64,000 nucleotides of DNA from a virus (Duplodnaviria > Caudoviricetes). Below are positions 63,634 to 64,000 of this stretch, piece after piece. The notes under the pieces were generated by a model, which saw only the letters and a list, made by a program, of their open reading frames with translations, was not told where the DNA came from and searched no databases. The position numbers and the translations under genes were made by a program. The stretch spans positions 61 through 64,060 of the IMG/VR virus record IMGVR_UViG_2841481002_000004; one strand, 5' to 3'. Numbering within the stretch: position 1 is the first letter of the stretch; each line of letters opens with the position of its first letter.

Positions 63634-63709
63634 TGGTGGGTGCTGACGGGGTCGAACCGCCGACCTACGCCTTGTAAGGGCGCCGCTCTACCAACTGAGC
63701 TAAGCACCC
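63634..63709 (-). tRNA. tRNA-Val (anticodon TAC), 76 nt with encoded CCA; prophage attachment site
   Basis: GGGTGCT/AGCACCC acceptor stem, GCGCC-CTTACAA-GGCGT anticodon arm, TTCGA T-loop. Confidence 0.95.
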
Positions 63710-63727
63710 CACCTTGAACCTTGAGCC

Positions 63728-64000
63728 TCAGTTGAGGGCATCCTTCAATGCCTTGCCGGGGCGGAACTTCGGAACTTTAGCAGCCTTGATCTTAATCGTA
63801 TCGCCCGTACGGGGATTGCGGCCCGTGCGCGCAGCGCGCTTGCCCACCGCGAAGGTGCCGAAACCGACCAGAGACACCGTGCCGCCCTTCTTCAGGGTCT
63901 TCTTGACCGACTCGATCATGGATTCCAGGGCGCGCGCAGCGGCTGCCTTGGAGATGTCGGCGTTGGTCGCAATTTGCTCAATCAGTTCGGACTTGTTCAC
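63728..64000 (-). CDS. hupB: Histone-like protein HU-beta (host gene)
   Basis: [39 protein letters not shown]. Confidence 0.92.
   Translation of the reverse strand: MNKSELIEQIATNADISKAAAARALESMIESVKKTLKKGGTVSLVGFGTFAVGKRAARTGRNPRTGDTIKIKAAKVPKFRPGKALKDALN

Overview
Almost the whole window (about 1-63630) is one temperate podovirus-like prophage in a GC-rich host, probably a betaproteobacterium. It is integrated at the 3' end of tRNA-Val(TAC) (63634-63709), next to host hupB (63728-64000). The other att site is not in the window, and the first gene runs off the left edge. Reading right to left: tyrosine integrase and a frameshifted excisionase; a long early-left operon (ERF, YqaJ exonuclease, ParB-like, RdgC, DnaQ-like, ASCH, PAPS-reductase-like, two DNA methyltransferases, DUF1643 and many small genes); a cI/cro switch with mirror-image operators; a DUF1376 replication initiator with an iteron origin; terS/terL, portal, scaffold and N4-gp56-type capsid; tail and ejection genes including a 3300-aa polyvalent protein; and a holin/SAR-endolysin/spanin cassette. 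The most notable unexplained signals are: (i) a late-promoter motif (CTGTAG-T(T/G)TT at fixed spacing to a -10-like hexamer and +1) at five sites plus one degenerate site, four of them feeding leaderless genes; (ii) copies of the origin iteron (TGTC-N6-GACA, 22-23 bp period) outside the origin, in an RHH-regulated moron cassette and inside terS; (iii) a GT-A glycosyltransferase gene inside the virion structural operon; (iv) several morons (CoiA-like nuclease, DUF4124, a membrane protein); and (v) single-base losses in G/C runs that break xis and an ejection protein, which may be sequencing errors or real grounding of the prophage. All family assignments come from motif recognition by eye, not from database searches.
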